Shown here: piece by piece, positions 19,093 to 29,407 of the stretch | Position numbering within the stretch: position 1 is the stretch's first letter | Layout: each line of letters starts with the position of its first letter | Virus record (IMG/VR): IMGVR_UViG_3300025912_000012 | Span: 71,080-135,079 of that record | Length of the DNA: 64,000 nt | Direction: 5' to 3' (one strand) | Source of the DNA: a virus | Lineage: Duplodnaviria > Caudoviricetes | Program-made: the position numbers and the translations under genes | The notes under the pieces: model-generated | Database searches by the model: none | Told to the model about the DNA's origin: nothing | What the model saw: only the letters and a program-made list of their open reading frames with translations

Positions 19093-20226
19093 TTACCGAT
19101 TAGCCATCCTCTGAGCCAGCTCCGCGACAGCTGGTCCCATGTATTTCTCCGCGACATTATCAATACTATATGTTTCCGCGAATTCCCGCAGCTGCTTGCG
19201 GTCAATGTCACGGTTATCGTACGACTCGGTGAAGGCGTCAACCATTTGCTGAATATCAGGGCGGATCCACCAGCCTTTATGGACGCCATTCCAGAACGGG
19301 GTCCCGTCTATCTGGATCCCGTACGGGTTGAGTTCTTCCATGGAGGATGCCTTCGTGGTGATCACCGGGGTTCCGCAGGCTTGCGCCTCCATGATAGGGA
19401 GACCGAACCCTTCCGCGTACGTGCATGCCGCGAGCACGTCGATCGCGTGATACCAGTCTGCGAGTTCTTTCTGTGACACCATTCCCGCGTGATAGTGATA
19501 CTGGTCAGTAACCCGTATCCTGTCGGTGATCCCGAGGGATTCCGCGAGGAATTCCAGATCCTGACCTCCCTCGCTGTGAACCCCTGCGTGAACCGCGAGG
19601 ATGGCATCCGGGTGATCAGTGAGGAACTTCGCGAAAGCCAGGAACATCTCCGGGGCTGCCTTACGTACCGCATCGTTGTTCGCGGCATTGACCCCTATAA
19701 CGAACTCATCCTGCCGCAGACCGAACTTCTCCCGGATGGCTACCTTATCACCTCCCGGGGCATAAAGGTCCGTGTCGATCCCGTGAGGGACATACAGGGG
19801 GTTAAGCCCGGCGTCGGTGAACCTGTCCTTCCCGAAAAGGCTCATCGCGATCACCTCATCCCCGGTGGCATCCACGATGCTCTTGTCCGCAGCGGACATG
19901 GGACGGCAATCACACGGGAGCCAGTGAGCTACCGGGAGTTCCCGCAGGAGATTCGGGTCCATCACCCAGATATCCCCGAGAGTGATTATGATATCGGGGT
20001 TGAGGGCTTTCGCGTGCTCATAGAGACTGGCAGAGCAGTACGCGTGCCCGAATCCGGGGAGCACGGGGATTCCGTGCCATTCTGTCGGGCTACCGCTCAG
20101 TCCCCAGTAGGAGCTGATCGCGACCTCGTGACCCATTTCGATCAGTTTCCGTGTCCAGATTGCGGTCTGGTTCCCGTAACCCGAGGGAGCCCAGGGTGCG
20201 GTGGAATGCCAGAGAATAGAACTCAC
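19093..20226 (-). CDS. GT4 (GT-B) glycosyltransferase
   Basis: PHGID; EGFGLPIMEAQACG. Confidence 0.92.
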   Translation of the reverse strand: MSSILWHSTAPWAPSGYGNQTAIWTRKLIEMGHEVAISSYWGLSGSPTEWHGIPVLPGFGHAYCSASLYEHAKALNPDIIITLGDIWVMDPNLLRELPVAHWLPCDCRPMSAADKSIVDATGDEVIAMSLFGKDRFTDAGLNPLYVPHGIDTDLYAPGGDKVAIREKFGLRQDEFVIGVNAANNDAVRKAAPEMFLAFAKFLTDHPDAILAVHAGVHSEGGQDLEFLAESLGITDRIRVTDQYHYHAGMVSQKELADWYHAIDVLAACTYAEGFGLPIMEAQACGTPVITTKASSMEELNPYGIQIDGTPFWNGVHKGWWIRPDIQQMVDAFTESYDNRDIDRKQLREFAETYSIDNVAEKYMGPAVAELAQRMANR

Positions 20227-20246
20227 GTGCGGCTTCTTCCTTTTAG

Positions 20247-20487
20247 TTATTCGTCTTTCGGGGCAAGCTGAACTGCCGCCCTGCCTTTCGCTTCCATGGT
20301 GAGCGGAAGCCAGTGTGCCTGCTCCAGGGTCAGTTCATCGACCTGCTGAGGGGTCCAGCGGAAATTATCCGCGAACCAGTGATAAGTCCACATAACGTCA
20401 GGAAAACCTTCCGGGCTTTCCGGGGCGAACTTCTGATCATGCCCGTTCGCGGAGAATATGAAAATCTGCGTTAGTCGCTGGACGGCT
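20247..20487 (-). CDS. tail assembly chaperone -1 frameshift extension (gpT-like)
   Basis: Slippery CCCAAAAAAG at 20486-20495; -1 frame open, reading WFADNFRWTPQQVDELTL. Confidence 0.8.
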
Positions 20488-20836
20488 TTTTTGGGTCTGC
20501 CGCACCTACGGCACCGCGACCGGCGATCTTATCCATGAGAGGCTGCACAGCTTCTTCCAGGGCTGCGTAATCGTCCAGGTCCATCTGATCCCCGATGATC
20601 ACGTCAGCAGCCGCGAAATGATTCTGGGCTGGCACCGGGACCGGATAGGACCAGCTGGTGATGATCCTCCCGAGCAGGGCGTTCCGCATGTCATTCTGCA
20701 TCGCGAGGAAACTAGTCGAGTTTCCTTCCTCGCGGATGTCAACTTTCGCTACTTCCTGTACTGCGAACCGGTCGATAACTTTCAGCTGGTCCCTGTATTC
20801 TACCCACGCTCCGCTAGGAAGCTCGATACGAGGCAT
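20471..20836 (-). CDS. tail assembly chaperone (gpG-like)
   Basis: Follows tail tube; ends DPKK at the slippery site. Confidence 0.85.
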   Translation of the reverse strand: MPRIELPSGAWVEYRDQLKVIDRFAVQEVAKVDIREEGNSTSFLAMQNDMRNALLGRIITSWSYPVPVPAQNHFAAADVIIGDQMDLDDYAALEEAVQPLMDKIAGRGAVGAADPKKPSSD

Positions 20837-20861
20837 TCGCGTCTCCTTGATTGGTTGTTAC

Positions 20862-20905
20862 AAGAAAAAGGGCAGCAGCAAGAAAGAAATCCTGCTGCTG
20901 CCCTT
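20862..20905 (-). terminator. terminator/attenuator after major tail gene
   Basis: AGGGCAGCAGCA/TGCTGCTGCCCT stem plus T tract. Confidence 0.65.
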
Positions 20906-20919
20906 CTGTGAAAAAACTG

Positions 20920-22272
20920 CTAGTACGTGGGAGTGCTGTTAATCAGGGTGACCGTCCCCGGTCCGAGTCCTCCCGAGCCCCCGATGTCCGTCGAGTTGGC
21001 GACACCTTCGAAACTGTTTCCGTATCCGATGAGCAGCTTATTCCGCATGATCTTCGACTTAACGTTTGCCACCTGGTTCGCGTTGAACGTGAGGGTGAAA
21101 GGCGTTCCCGCGTTGGGGATGCCCGCGTTGGTCACCGAGATGCTCATCGGAGCCTGCGCGTTGAGCAGCATCAGGTCCAGCGGAGCCTCAGAGTTCGTGG
21201 GATCCCACTGGATACTCCCGTCCATTGTCAGCGGTCCGCGACCGATAATGAACGGCTGCTGCGTTCCCGCGACAATCCAGTACACCTGGGTTGCACGCTT
21301 GAAGCTGACATCAAACTCCCCGATACCTGAGTAAGCTCCCGTGCTGCTTACAGTGTTACCCGCGACGACAACCGTGGAGTTCCAGTTGGGGATAGGGCGG
21401 GAGTTTGTCGTGGTATTAGTTACCGCGTTAGTCGCGACAGTGGAAATCCACGAATCACCCATCATCTTGATGTTCAGCAGCTGCTCCGCGTTCCCGGAGA
21501 AGTCCAGCGACTTAAGTACCCCGGAGGGGTACTGCCGAGCCCCGAAAGTGTTCGTCGGGGCAGTCCCGTAAGTAGCGCTCGTGAATACGTTGACTATGTT
21601 GGTTACATCCGTGAATGTGTGAGTCGGAGGCTGTGCGCCGTACGCTCCCCCGTATCCCAGGGGAGTGTTCAGTGCCGCGAAACGGTGGGTGAATGTGGTA
21701 CCGGCACAGAAACTGAACACGGTGTTTCCTGCCGCAAGACCCGAGTTGTGAGCGAAACGCAGCGGGGTGTTCGCGAACCCGATAGTGGATGCGGCAGTGT
21801 TGCTGATGATCACCACTTCGTTAAGATACGAAGCGGGTGTGTTAGTGGTGAGCGCAGTTCCCAGCTGGATAGCAGCACCCACGGTGAACTGCGAGGGAAC
21901 AGCGCTCACAGTGGCGACTGTCGCCCCTACCGCCAGCGAGCTGGAAACCGTCGTCGGGTTGGACACCGAGTTGCAGGTGGTGGAAAGGTCCCCGAAAACG
22001 TTGTCAAAGAAATATCCGTGGGAATCCAGGAAGTTAGGTCCCCCGAAAGAGAACGTACCCTGGTTAACCCCGATAGTCTTGTAAAACAAGTCCGTCATGC
22101 TTCCCCTGATGGCTTTATCATCAAGGAAATGCGGGGTGTCTTCTGGCTCGAATGAATTCTGATCCAGCGGGTGCGTGATAACCGGGTTTACCGGGGTGCC
22201 CGCTGTCAGTTCACGGGCAATCCCCAGCCAGGACAGGACGCCAGGGTACACGTTCGGTGTGCCAAGAGCCAC
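20920..22272 (-). CDS. major tail tube protein with inserted domain
   Basis: N-terminal WLGIARE..GT; position; Thr/Ser-rich insertion. Confidence 0.8.
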   Translation of the reverse strand: MALGTPNVYPGVLSWLGIARELTAGTPVNPVITHPLDQNSFEPEDTPHFLDDKAIRGSMTDLFYKTIGVNQGTFSFGGPNFLDSHGYFFDNVFGDLSTTCNSVSNPTTVSSSLAVGATVATVSAVPSQFTVGAAIQLGTALTTNTPASYLNEVVIISNTAASTIGFANTPLRFAHNSGLAAGNTVFSFCAGTTFTHRFAALNTPLGYGGAYGAQPPTHTFTDVTNIVNVFTSATYGTAPTNTFGARQYPSGVLKSLDFSGNAEQLLNIKMMGDSWISTVATNAVTNTTTNSRPIPNWNSTVVVAGNTVSSTGAYSGIGEFDVSFKRATQVYWIVAGTQQPFIIGRGPLTMDGSIQWDPTNSEAPLDLMLLNAQAPMSISVTNAGIPNAGTPFTLTFNANQVANVKSKIMRNKLLIGYGNSFEGVANSTDIGGSGGLGPGTVTLINSTPTY

Positions 22273-22300
22273 ACAACTCCTTCTGCCCTGTTAGTGGGCT

Positions 22301-22816
22301 CTATGCGTTAAACAGTTCCCAGATAGAAACATTAACCAGAGCGTCATATCTTTTACGCCGCTGGTCAGCGAGAGATTCGATACCGGTCCGGTATGTCATC
22401 TGCTCTCCGGTATTGTAGATCGTGGAAGTCAGGTTCGTGTTCGGGTCAGTGATGTACGCGGGATTCGGGAGGGAAAACCTCAGCGCGAACATTACCGCGT
22501 CCACCATTCCCGGGAAAATCGGGTCCTGCTGCGTACCCGAGCCCCCGGAGGTCCATGTCATGTAAATATCAGTGCGGTGCAGGATTCCCTTCGTGCCCGA
22601 GGAGGTTCCCACCCCTGTATTCCGGGGGATCGTCCCCCCCAGCTCACTTGAACGATTCTCGTCCCCGTCCGAAGGCCATATGTAAATGGCAGGGATTGAT
22701 GTCTGGATCCTCGGGTCAGGAGGGGTAATGAAAGCCTGCGCGTCAGGGATCCCGTACGGCATAGGGAGACCGTCAAGGAGGGACACAAGGAAAGACTGAA
22801 CCGCGACAATTGACAT
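22301..22816 (-). CDS. tail terminator-like protein
   Basis: Size and position; PAIYIWP. Confidence 0.55.
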   Translation of the reverse strand: MSIVAVQSFLVSLLDGLPMPYGIPDAQAFITPPDPRIQTSIPAIYIWPSDGDENRSSELGGTIPRNTGVGTSSGTKGILHRTDIYMTWTSGGSGTQQDPIFPGMVDAVMFALRFSLPNPAYITDPNTNLTSTIYNTGEQMTYRTGIESLADQRRKRYDALVNVSIWELFNA

Positions 22817-22856
22817 GGTTCACCTGTATCCCTTTATATTAGCACGAATAAGAAAA

Positions 22857-23027
22857 CTAGCTAGCGCGACGCGCTTTCTGCGCACGCTGCGGAGCCTGCG
22901 CCCTGCCATTCCCGTTCGCACCCTGGGTAGAGGAGAAATACACCTGCGAGACAACACCCTGCCTGCGTGCCCGGGTATGAGCGCGCCTGCGGCAGCGTAC
23001 CGCCTGTGATCTGCGTGTCTGCATCAT
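22857..23027 (-). CDS. 56-aa Arg-rich protein
   Basis: TAATG coupling; MMQTRRSQAVRCRRRAH... Confidence 0.35.
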   Translation of the reverse strand: MMQTRRSQAVRCRRRAHTRARRQGVVSQVYFSSTQGANGNGRAQAPQRAQKARRAS

Positions 23028-24016
23028 TAGACAGTCCTCCGGTATGGTGAGCAGAGAAGCTCAGCCTCAGTATTCAATCCCACGATATCCCCGCCAGTTC
23101 CCTGTGAATGTCCCCCGATGTCATGAATCGTCGTTGAGGTGGCACCACGGGTAAGAGCTTCAGCTGTCGCGAACAGGATGCAGGCTTCCTCGATCGCGGC
23201 AGGGAGGGTGCTGACGATAATCCCCGCCTGATGCGGATATGCGAGCGGTTCGGCAAGAGTCAGGATGCCCGGACCTGTACTTGCGGAGGCGGCGGTTACC
23301 CGGACGGCTTCCTGCTGTCCCGCGTCTTTGATGATCCCGGTAGCTCCGGTGTATGTCCCGAAATAGTTGGTGATCGCCCATCCGGTGCAGTCATCTACGG
23401 GGAGCGTCGTGGAACCTGCGTCTATGAATTCATCGATCTCTGCGTGAGGCCACCCGTTAATATAGGTGGTTTTGACAGCCCATCCGTTACGCCCGTACTG
23501 CCAGTTAATATAGCCAGGAGCTACCAGGATTGCCTGAGAACCCTGAGCGGTGCCCCCGGGTGATGTACTCCCGTACAGTCCGATGGGAGGCTGCTCAGGC
23601 TCGTAGAGTCCTGTGGGGAGGGAGGTCCACTGTCGAGGCCACAAGTTGTTGGGGCAGGTTTCGACGTTCAGCACTTCCAGTACAGGCCACCGGGAGAGGA
23701 TGATGCGGGAGTTGAACCCGGAAAGCCCCCAGTAGGGACTTGCGGACTGTCCTCCAGCTCCGGGACCGGAGGTGATGCGGAAGTCAGGTCCGTGCAGCAG
23801 CTCGACATCCATGGTGGCACGGAGAACCTGGTTGCAGTAATTGTCCACTTTCGAGGTTGCCCTCGCGCACATATTCCAGATTTCAGCCTGCGTCTGGGCA
23901 GGGGTGGCGTCATCCCAGGGAGTTATCGAGGTCCAGTCAATCCCTGTGGGTGCCTGCTGGAGTGTCACAGCGGAAATATAAGGAGCAAGCCCCCTGGAGA
24001 TGGGTGATGCCATCAA
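23027..24016 (-). CDS. head-tail adaptor-like protein with insertion
   Basis: ATSKVDNYC; TYINGW; LPAAIEEAC; LCSPYRR. Confidence 0.7.
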   Translation of the reverse strand: MMASPISRGLAPYISAVTLQQAPTGIDWTSITPWDDATPAQTQAEIWNMCARATSKVDNYCNQVLRATMDVELLHGPDFRITSGPGAGGQSASPYWGLSGFNSRIILSRWPVLEVLNVETCPNNLWPRQWTSLPTGLYEPEQPPIGLYGSTSPGGTAQGSQAILVAPGYINWQYGRNGWAVKTTYINGWPHAEIDEFIDAGSTTLPVDDCTGWAITNYFGTYTGATGIIKDAGQQEAVRVTAASASTGPGILTLAEPLAYPHQAGIIVSTLPAAIEEACILFATAEALTRGATSTTIHDIGGHSQGTGGDIVGLNTEAELLCSPYRRTV

Positions 24017-24099
24017 AACACCCTCCCCTGATAGTCCTGTTGTTTAAGGATAGCGTTTAGCTGCTGTCTTCGGAAGTGTTCTCGTCTTCTTGTTCTTCT

Positions 24100-24390
24100 T
24101 TAAGCCACTTCTCGATCAGTCTCTCCCGGGTTTTCCCTGTGATCAGGTGACCCATCACGGAGTCCACTATCTGCGCCATGGTTCTCCTCTGGCAGTTCGA
24201 TCCGTACGTCGCTTTTCTTGCCTAGTCTCTCGCACTTGTAGCAGAGATAATAATCCCCCTGCCATCTCGCGTGCTTCAGGCAGATATCGCCGCGACATGA
24301 CTCGCATTGCGCGATAGGAGCAGCACTCCGGGCTGAGCGTCCGCGACGGGGACCGCCGCATTTGATGCACAACCCGGGTGCTCTGCTCAA
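24100..24390 (-). CDS. Zn-finger protein
   Basis: CIKC; CESC; CLKH; CYKC. Confidence 0.6.
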   Translation of the reverse strand: MSRAPGLCIKCGGPRRGRSARSAAPIAQCESCRGDICLKHARWQGDYYLCYKCERLGKKSDVRIELPEENHGADSGLRDGSPDHRENPGETDREVA

Positions 24391-24398
24391 TAGGACTC

Positions 24399-25061
24399 CT
24401 ATGTAGTAAGCCTTGCGATAAGCTCGTCTTTCTTGCCTTTATCGGAAAGACCCGCCTCGCGGCATCTAGCTTTCAGGGTCGCGATATGCAACCTGTTCAG
24501 GGGAATATCATCCACGGTCGCGGTGATTTCCTTCTGCTCGTTCATGGAGATTCCGCATTCACCGCAGAACTTGACGCCAGCGGTATTGTCATGCCCAGCA
24601 GGGCAGATGACACTCCCGTGAATCACCGCATCGTTCAGTCCGGACTTCTGCAGGAAGAACAGGACATCGGGGCGGGTGGTAACGTCAATCCCTGCGGATT
24701 TCAGTGCGATCAGGGATTCAAGGGCTTTCAGCTGCTGTTCTCCGCGTTCCTTGATGACGTGATTGACCTGGATTTCATCAGGAGTCAGCGGGACAGTATC
24801 AGGGGTACTCGACCACATCGGGTCCGCGTCGGGGACGCGTTCCTGTCTTGAGGGAATACCGGCTTCCTTGTTCCCGGGGATTGTCCGCAAGACTTTCGGC
24901 TTGCGATCCCCTTTCAGGTGCCCCTCGCAAAGGGGGCAGGTAAGCTTGAATTCTTCACTGGGGGCTCCGTTACGCACGGGTCGGGAATGCGTTTCGCCGC
25001 ACCCTCCGGACGTAACCGGAATAGAGACGGAACATACGTCTCTGCGGGCATAAAGAACCAC
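24399..25061 (-). CDS. Zn-ribbon + SAP domain protein
   Basis: CPAGH..KFCGECG; C-terminal LKARCREAGLSDKGKKDELIARL. Confidence 0.75.
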   Translation of the reverse strand: MVLYARRDVCSVSIPVTSGGCGETHSRPVRNGAPSEEFKLTCPLCEGHLKGDRKPKVLRTIPGNKEAGIPSRQERVPDADPMWSSTPDTVPLTPDEIQVNHVIKERGEQQLKALESLIALKSAGIDVTTRPDVLFFLQKSGLNDAVIHGSVICPAGHDNTAGVKFCGECGISMNEQKEITATVDDIPLNRLHIATLKARCREAGLSDKGKKDELIARLTT

Positions 25062-25077
25062 GTTAAATCACCTTTCA

Positions 25078-25404
25078 TCAAGGAACGTAATGTCCTTCTA
25101 GTTTATTTTTTTCCATTTCAGATTCGGGAACAGTATCCGCCCCGCATTTAGGGCAAGTCCTCGTCCAGGAATGATGGATCGTGTTACTGGGGCAGCTCGG
25201 GCACCACCTGCCCTGCGGACCGCCTTTGATGTACAGCTTCTCCGGACCGGCGTCCACGAGCCCGCCTTGTGCGTAATTGTTGTTCTTCAATGCCGCGAGG
25301 TGATGATCCGCCACATCTACGAAAGTTCCTGGTTTTGCCACGTACCTTGTCCCGTCCTGCGCCTTGAAACCCATGCAGCCAGGGGGAAGATTAACCCTCG
25401 TCAC
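25078..25404 (-). CDS. Zn-ribbon protein
   Basis: CPSC..CPKCG. Confidence 0.65.
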   Translation of the reverse strand: MTRVNLPPGCMGFKAQDGTRYVAKPGTFVDVADHHLAALKNNNYAQGGLVDAGPEKLYIKGGPQGRWCPSCPSNTIHHSWTRTCPKCGADTVPESEMEKNKLEGHYVP

Positions 25405-25411
25405 CGAGTTT

Positions 25412-25687
25412 TTACCCTTCAGTGGAAATGATGTAATTAACCGGGATCGTAGTAGAGGCAGTGTTCAGCCCGAATACGGTCGCACCCTGGGAACTCGGGA
25501 AAGTCTCGAACATTGTCGGGCTGGTCGCTACCCCGTATCCGTTACTTGCGGTAAGCCTTGAGCTTGTCCCGAGATACAGCTGTCCGGTGGCTGCCGTGGA
25601 ATAAAATGTGACACTGCATGCGCCCGGAGGGATGGTGAAAAGAGGTGCCGTACCGGCAACAGCAGCCTGCCCCATGATTATCGCCAT
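25412..25687 (-). CDS. small beta-sandwich virion decoration-like protein
   Basis: LYLG...LTASNG; resembles 33295 and 32736 ORFs. Confidence 0.6.
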   Translation of the reverse strand: MAIIMGQAAVAGTAPLFTIPPGACSVTFYSTAATGQLYLGTSSRLTASNGYGVATSPTMFETFPSSQGATVFGLNTASTTIPVNYIISTEG

Positions 25688-25694
25688 ACAGCTC

Positions 25695-26411
25695 CTAAAA
25701 CCTTTTAAGCACCCAGGACACATCTTTGTTGAATTTCCTTCTCAGCAGGGAAATCTGGTGCGGCATAACGGCAGCCCGCCACTGATGGAAAGCCTGCAAG
25801 TCAGATTTCCCGAACCAGTCCTCCGCGTAATGATACAATTCGTCGTATTCAGTTTCCGGGTCAACGGAATAATGATGATGCTCAATGACAACCTCGGGGA
25901 CATACCGGAGCAATCCTGAGCGCTTGCCTGTCTCAGCCCAGGCGTTATCGATGTAGTAATGACTGAAGCTTGCTTCCGCGAACTGCCCCATCACCTTTAC
26001 GATATCGCTGGAAATCATGATGATCTCAGGGATGTCATTCCTGCGCTTATCGTCCGGGTAAAGCATCCCTGTTCCGCCCATGCTTTCCAGCTTGCGGAGC
26101 ATGATCGTATCCCAGTGCGGGGTGCGGAATACATGGTCATTTCCTACGAACATCAGCGCGTCGTAATCATCCCAGAATGCCTGCGCAGTCCTGTTCAGCT
26201 TCTCGACGTTCGTCCCTCTCGGGGACAGGGTGCTGGTAAGAGCGCTTCCCCAGTCAATCCCGTTGTACGTATCCTCATCATCAGGGTCCATGATGAACAC
26301 GACATCCGCAGCGTCCGTGTTCTCCCTGTAAGAATCCAGCAGGCGCTCAACCTGCTTCCGGCGACCCCGGGTGGTAACCATGACAAGCAAGGTCAGATCT
26401 GACACGATCAT
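25695..26411 (-). CDS. GT2-like (GT-A) glycosyltransferase
   Basis: VTTRGR; DPDD; GNDH..TPHWD; HYYIDN; EHHH. Confidence 0.8.
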   Translation of the reverse strand: MIVSDLTLLVMVTTRGRRKQVERLLDSYRENTDAADVVFIMDPDDEDTYNGIDWGSALTSTLSPRGTNVEKLNRTAQAFWDDYDALMFVGNDHVFRTPHWDTIMLRKLESMGGTGMLYPDDKRRNDIPEIIMISSDIVKVMGQFAEASFSHYYIDNAWAETGKRSGLLRYVPEVVIEHHHYSVDPETEYDELYHYAEDWFGKSDLQAFHQWRAAVMPHQISLLRRKFNKDVSWVLKRF

Positions 26412-26414
26412 CTC

Positions 26415-27092
26415 CTAATTCCACCACTCAAAGTAATCGCCAACCTCTAGCGATTTCCCTGCGTGGACAGTTTTCAGCCCTTTGGGGCGGTAAAGACTTT
26501 CCGGGATGCACCGGAAGTCAAAGCTGACCCGGGTCTGACCGGTAGTGTTCAGCTTGTTCCCGTGTTCCCACTGGACCGCATCGAACGTGACGATATCCCC
26601 GTAGTCTGCCCGGATAGGGATGAATTCCTGGCTCCCCCAGGAGGATTCGATGTACACCGAGTTGCTTTCGAAAGCCTGAGTGAACGGAACCCAGTAATTG
26701 ATCTCCCCGGGGGAGTGGTTGTAATCCTCGTCCGTGTGAAACTCCCCGACCGCGACATTCCCCGGGAGGTGAACCCGGAACGTGGGGACATTCTGGTAAC
26801 AGAAAGGCTCATCAATGCGCGGGGCGATGATATTCTCTATGAGCTTCAGGTAATCAGCCCTGATCTCACTGAAATGATCATAGAATTTACGGTGAAACTC
26901 AGTGGACTGATCCGTCTTGCAGGACAGGACATCAATATCATCCCCGACCCCGAGGTTTTCCAGCTTGCCTACACTGAAAATCTCGCAGAGCAGCTCACGA
27001 AACCTGTATTCCCGCGTATCGTAGGTGAAAATACTAGGAGGAAACGTCTCTTCTGGTAGTGACACTTTCACGTCCTCTTGTGGCATGAGCAT
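26415..27092 (-). CDS. 2OG-Fe(II) oxygenase (StrG-like)
   Basis: HTD...HGN..N.TGQTRVSFDFR. Confidence 0.75.
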   Translation of the reverse strand: MLMPQEDVKVSLPEETFPPSIFTYDTREYRFRELLCEIFSVGKLENLGVGDDIDVLSCKTDQSTEFHRKFYDHFSEIRADYLKLIENIIAPRIDEPFCYQNVPTFRVHLPGNVAVGEFHTDEDYNHSPGEINYWVPFTQAFESNSVYIESSWGSQEFIPIRADYGDIVTFDAVQWEHGNKLNTTGQTRVSFDFRCIPESLYRPKGLKTVHAGKSLEVGDYFEWWN

Positions 27093-27150
27093 TCACAGGT
27101 CTTCGACTTGCATTTAGGGGCATGCTCCCCCAGCTGGCAGCGAATCGAGA

Positions 27151-28059
27151 TCATGAGTACCGCCAGGAGACGAGTTCTTTCAATCCTGTTTTCAGGTCAA
27201 CCTGAGGCTCCCACCCGAGTTGCTTTCTCGCGAGGGAGATGTCTGCCTTTTTCCGGGGACATGGGTCGATCTTCCTGACCGGACCGTATTCTGGCTGCAA
27301 ATCCGATCCCATGATCTCCAGCAGCATCCCTGCCAGGTCAGTGAGAGTTGTCTCTATCCCTGAGGCGATGTTGAACGCACCCACGACATCGCTTTGCGCT
27401 GCGAGGATGTTAGCTCTCGCCACATCCCCGACATACACGAAATCGCGAGTCGCAGTTCCGTCACCTTCGATATACGGGGGGAGTCCAGCGGAAATCCTGT
27501 CCATCCACCTGGGGAGAACCTCCGTGTAAATCCCGCTGACATCCACCCGGGGGCCGTAAACGCTGAAATACCGCAGCATCACGCAGTCCAGGTCAAGACT
27601 GCGTGCTATCCCCTCGGTGAACGCTTTCCCTGCCCCGTATAGCGTCGTATCGTTGTACGAGTGATGTTTCTCGTTCGTGGGGAACTCGTCCGCAAGCCCG
27701 TAGATACTGGAGGAACTCGCGGCTACGACCCTGGCTTTCGCTCTTTTCGCAGCCTGGAAAACGTTGAGAGTCCCTGTCGCAATCACATCAATCCCCAGCT
27801 GGGGGTCTTCCGCGCACTGCTTGATTTTCACCGCAGCCTGATGGAAAACGTAATCAACTCCGTACATCAGGCTTTCAAGCAGTTTCTCATCGCGGATATC
27901 ACCCAGGTAGAACTGAGTTCCCGGAGGGACATTCTTCCTGTCTCCCCCGGAGAGGTTGTCCAGGACGAAAACTTCCGCCCCTGCCTCGATGAGCTGATCA
28001 GCGATATGACTCCCGATCAGTCCTGCTCCTCCGGTGATCAGGCACCGTGAGCCTTTCAT
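27151..28059 (-). CDS. NAD-dependent epimerase/dehydratase (extended SDR)
   Basis: TGGAGLIG; SSSSIYG; YGAGK. Confidence 0.95.
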   Translation of the reverse strand: MKGSRCLITGGAGLIGSHIADQLIEAGAEVFVLDNLSGGDRKNVPPGTQFYLGDIRDEKLLESLMYGVDYVFHQAAVKIKQCAEDPQLGIDVIATGTLNVFQAAKRAKARVVAASSSSIYGLADEFPTNEKHHSYNDTTLYGAGKAFTEGIARSLDLDCVMLRYFSVYGPRVDVSGIYTEVLPRWMDRISAGLPPYIEGDGTATRDFVYVGDVARANILAAQSDVVGAFNIASGIETTLTDLAGMLLEIMGSDLQPEYGPVRKIDPCPRKKADISLARKQLGWEPQVDLKTGLKELVSWRYS

Positions 28060-28832
28060 TTACGTTCCCCTTCAGGACGGAACCATTCTTGCGGGCAGTG
28101 ACGTTCCTGAATCCACAAAGGGAGATCGCCAGTTCCCGTAGGACGCATCTGGGTGGTCAGCCCGAAAGGCTTCCCGTCCTCCCAGGAGCGTCCCTGCTCG
28201 TACAGCAGGCCCGCGTCAGCCCATTCCAGCATCTGGCTGGTAGTTTCAGTGTGAGAGGTTGCGAGAGCTTTCTCCTTGATGGCTTCCACTCCCCCGAGCC
28301 AGGAGAAATGCCATCCCGCCCCGGGAATGCGCGGGAAGAAATTCCTCATGTTGCGCATTCTCTCGAAATCAGTGATGTCTTTCATCTTCGCGGTCACCGG
28401 ACCGCACCAGGGGAGCGGATGCAGCCAGTCAACGGCGAAATTATGGAATGACATTTCCAGCGCCCGGTTGGGAGGGAGGAATTCTGCGACGATCTCGTTG
28501 CGGGGAATCTCATCCACATCGGAAAGCATGATCAGGTCATCACGATCCGCATCCCCGAGCCCCTGCATGAGATGCCTGCGATGCGCGATAGCACGACGAT
28601 GATTATCCCCGGGGACATCCAGGTCTTTCGCAGGGAGCATGACGTGAATGATCTTGTCTTCCCATGCCGCGAAACGTTCCCTGTTCTCAGCGTAATAGAA
28701 AGGCTTCGGGGCACCCTGATGGGTAGCGGCAGCTTCCGCCAGGACATGCTTAAGGGGAATATCTTCCAGTTCCCTCAGTCTGCATTCCAGGAGGTCAAGC
28801 TCATTATGAAACAGGAAGCAGTCGTAAATCAA
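28056..28832 (-). CDS. GT17 family glycosyltransferase
   Basis: IYDCFLFHNELDLLECRL; SDVDEIP; GWHFSW. Confidence 0.85.
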   Translation of the reverse strand: MIYDCFLFHNELDLLECRLRELEDIPLKHVLAEAAATHQGAPKPFYYAENRERFAAWEDKIIHVMLPAKDLDVPGDNHRRAIAHRRHLMQGLGDADRDDLIMLSDVDEIPRNEIVAEFLPPNRALEMSFHNFAVDWLHPLPWCGPVTAKMKDITDFERMRNMRNFFPRIPGAGWHFSWLGGVEAIKEKALATSHTETTSQMLEWADAGLLYEQGRSWEDGKPFGLTTQMRPTGTGDLPLWIQERHCPQEWFRPEGERK

Positions 28833-29407
28833 CGTGCAGCCTCGCTGGAGGCAGACCATCTTGCCTTCACGTGAGCAGCGAAAGCGTGCAGGATTGCCTG
28901 ATGCGCGGTTTCCACCACTCCGTAATCATGCACGTCCGCTTCCACGTGCACCGATACGTCAGCCCGTTCACGCGCCTTGCCCCCGGTGAACCCGGTAAGC
29001 GAGACCGACTTCAGCCCGTTGTCGCTCGCGTATTCCAGTGCCCGGATGATGTTCGGGGATTTCCCCGAGGAGGAGATGGTGAGCAGCATGTCGCCAGTTC
29101 GGGCAAGCATCTCCAGCTGGCTGGAGAACACGTTCTCGTATCCATCATCGTTTCCTGCGGCGGTAATCAGCTCCGGGCTCTGCCCCAGGGAGATGGCATG
29201 CAGTCCCGCTTTCGCGAAATCGTTGGCTGCGTGATTCGCCAGCCCTGCGGACCCGCCATTCCCGCAAAGGAACACGAACCTGCCCATCCTCCGGGTGTTC
29301 AGCAGCATTCCTGCTGCTCTTTCCAGGTCTGCGGGGTCCATTGCCTTGCAGGCGATGTCAACCCCGGAAGTCAGGTCATTCAGTTGCTCGCTTAGCGTTT
29401 GATTCAT
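28829..29407 (-). CDS. gmhA: SIS-domain phosphoheptose isomerase
   Basis: CGNGGSA; GNDDGY; ISSSGKSPN; E..HQ..LH. Confidence 0.88.
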   Translation of the reverse strand: MNQTLSEQLNDLTSGVDIACKAMDPADLERAAGMLLNTRRMGRFVFLCGNGGSAGLANHAANDFAKAGLHAISLGQSPELITAAGNDDGYENVFSSQLEMLARTGDMLLTISSSGKSPNIIRALEYASDNGLKSVSLTGFTGGKARERADVSVHVEADVHDYGVVETAHQAILHAFAAHVKARWSASSEAAR

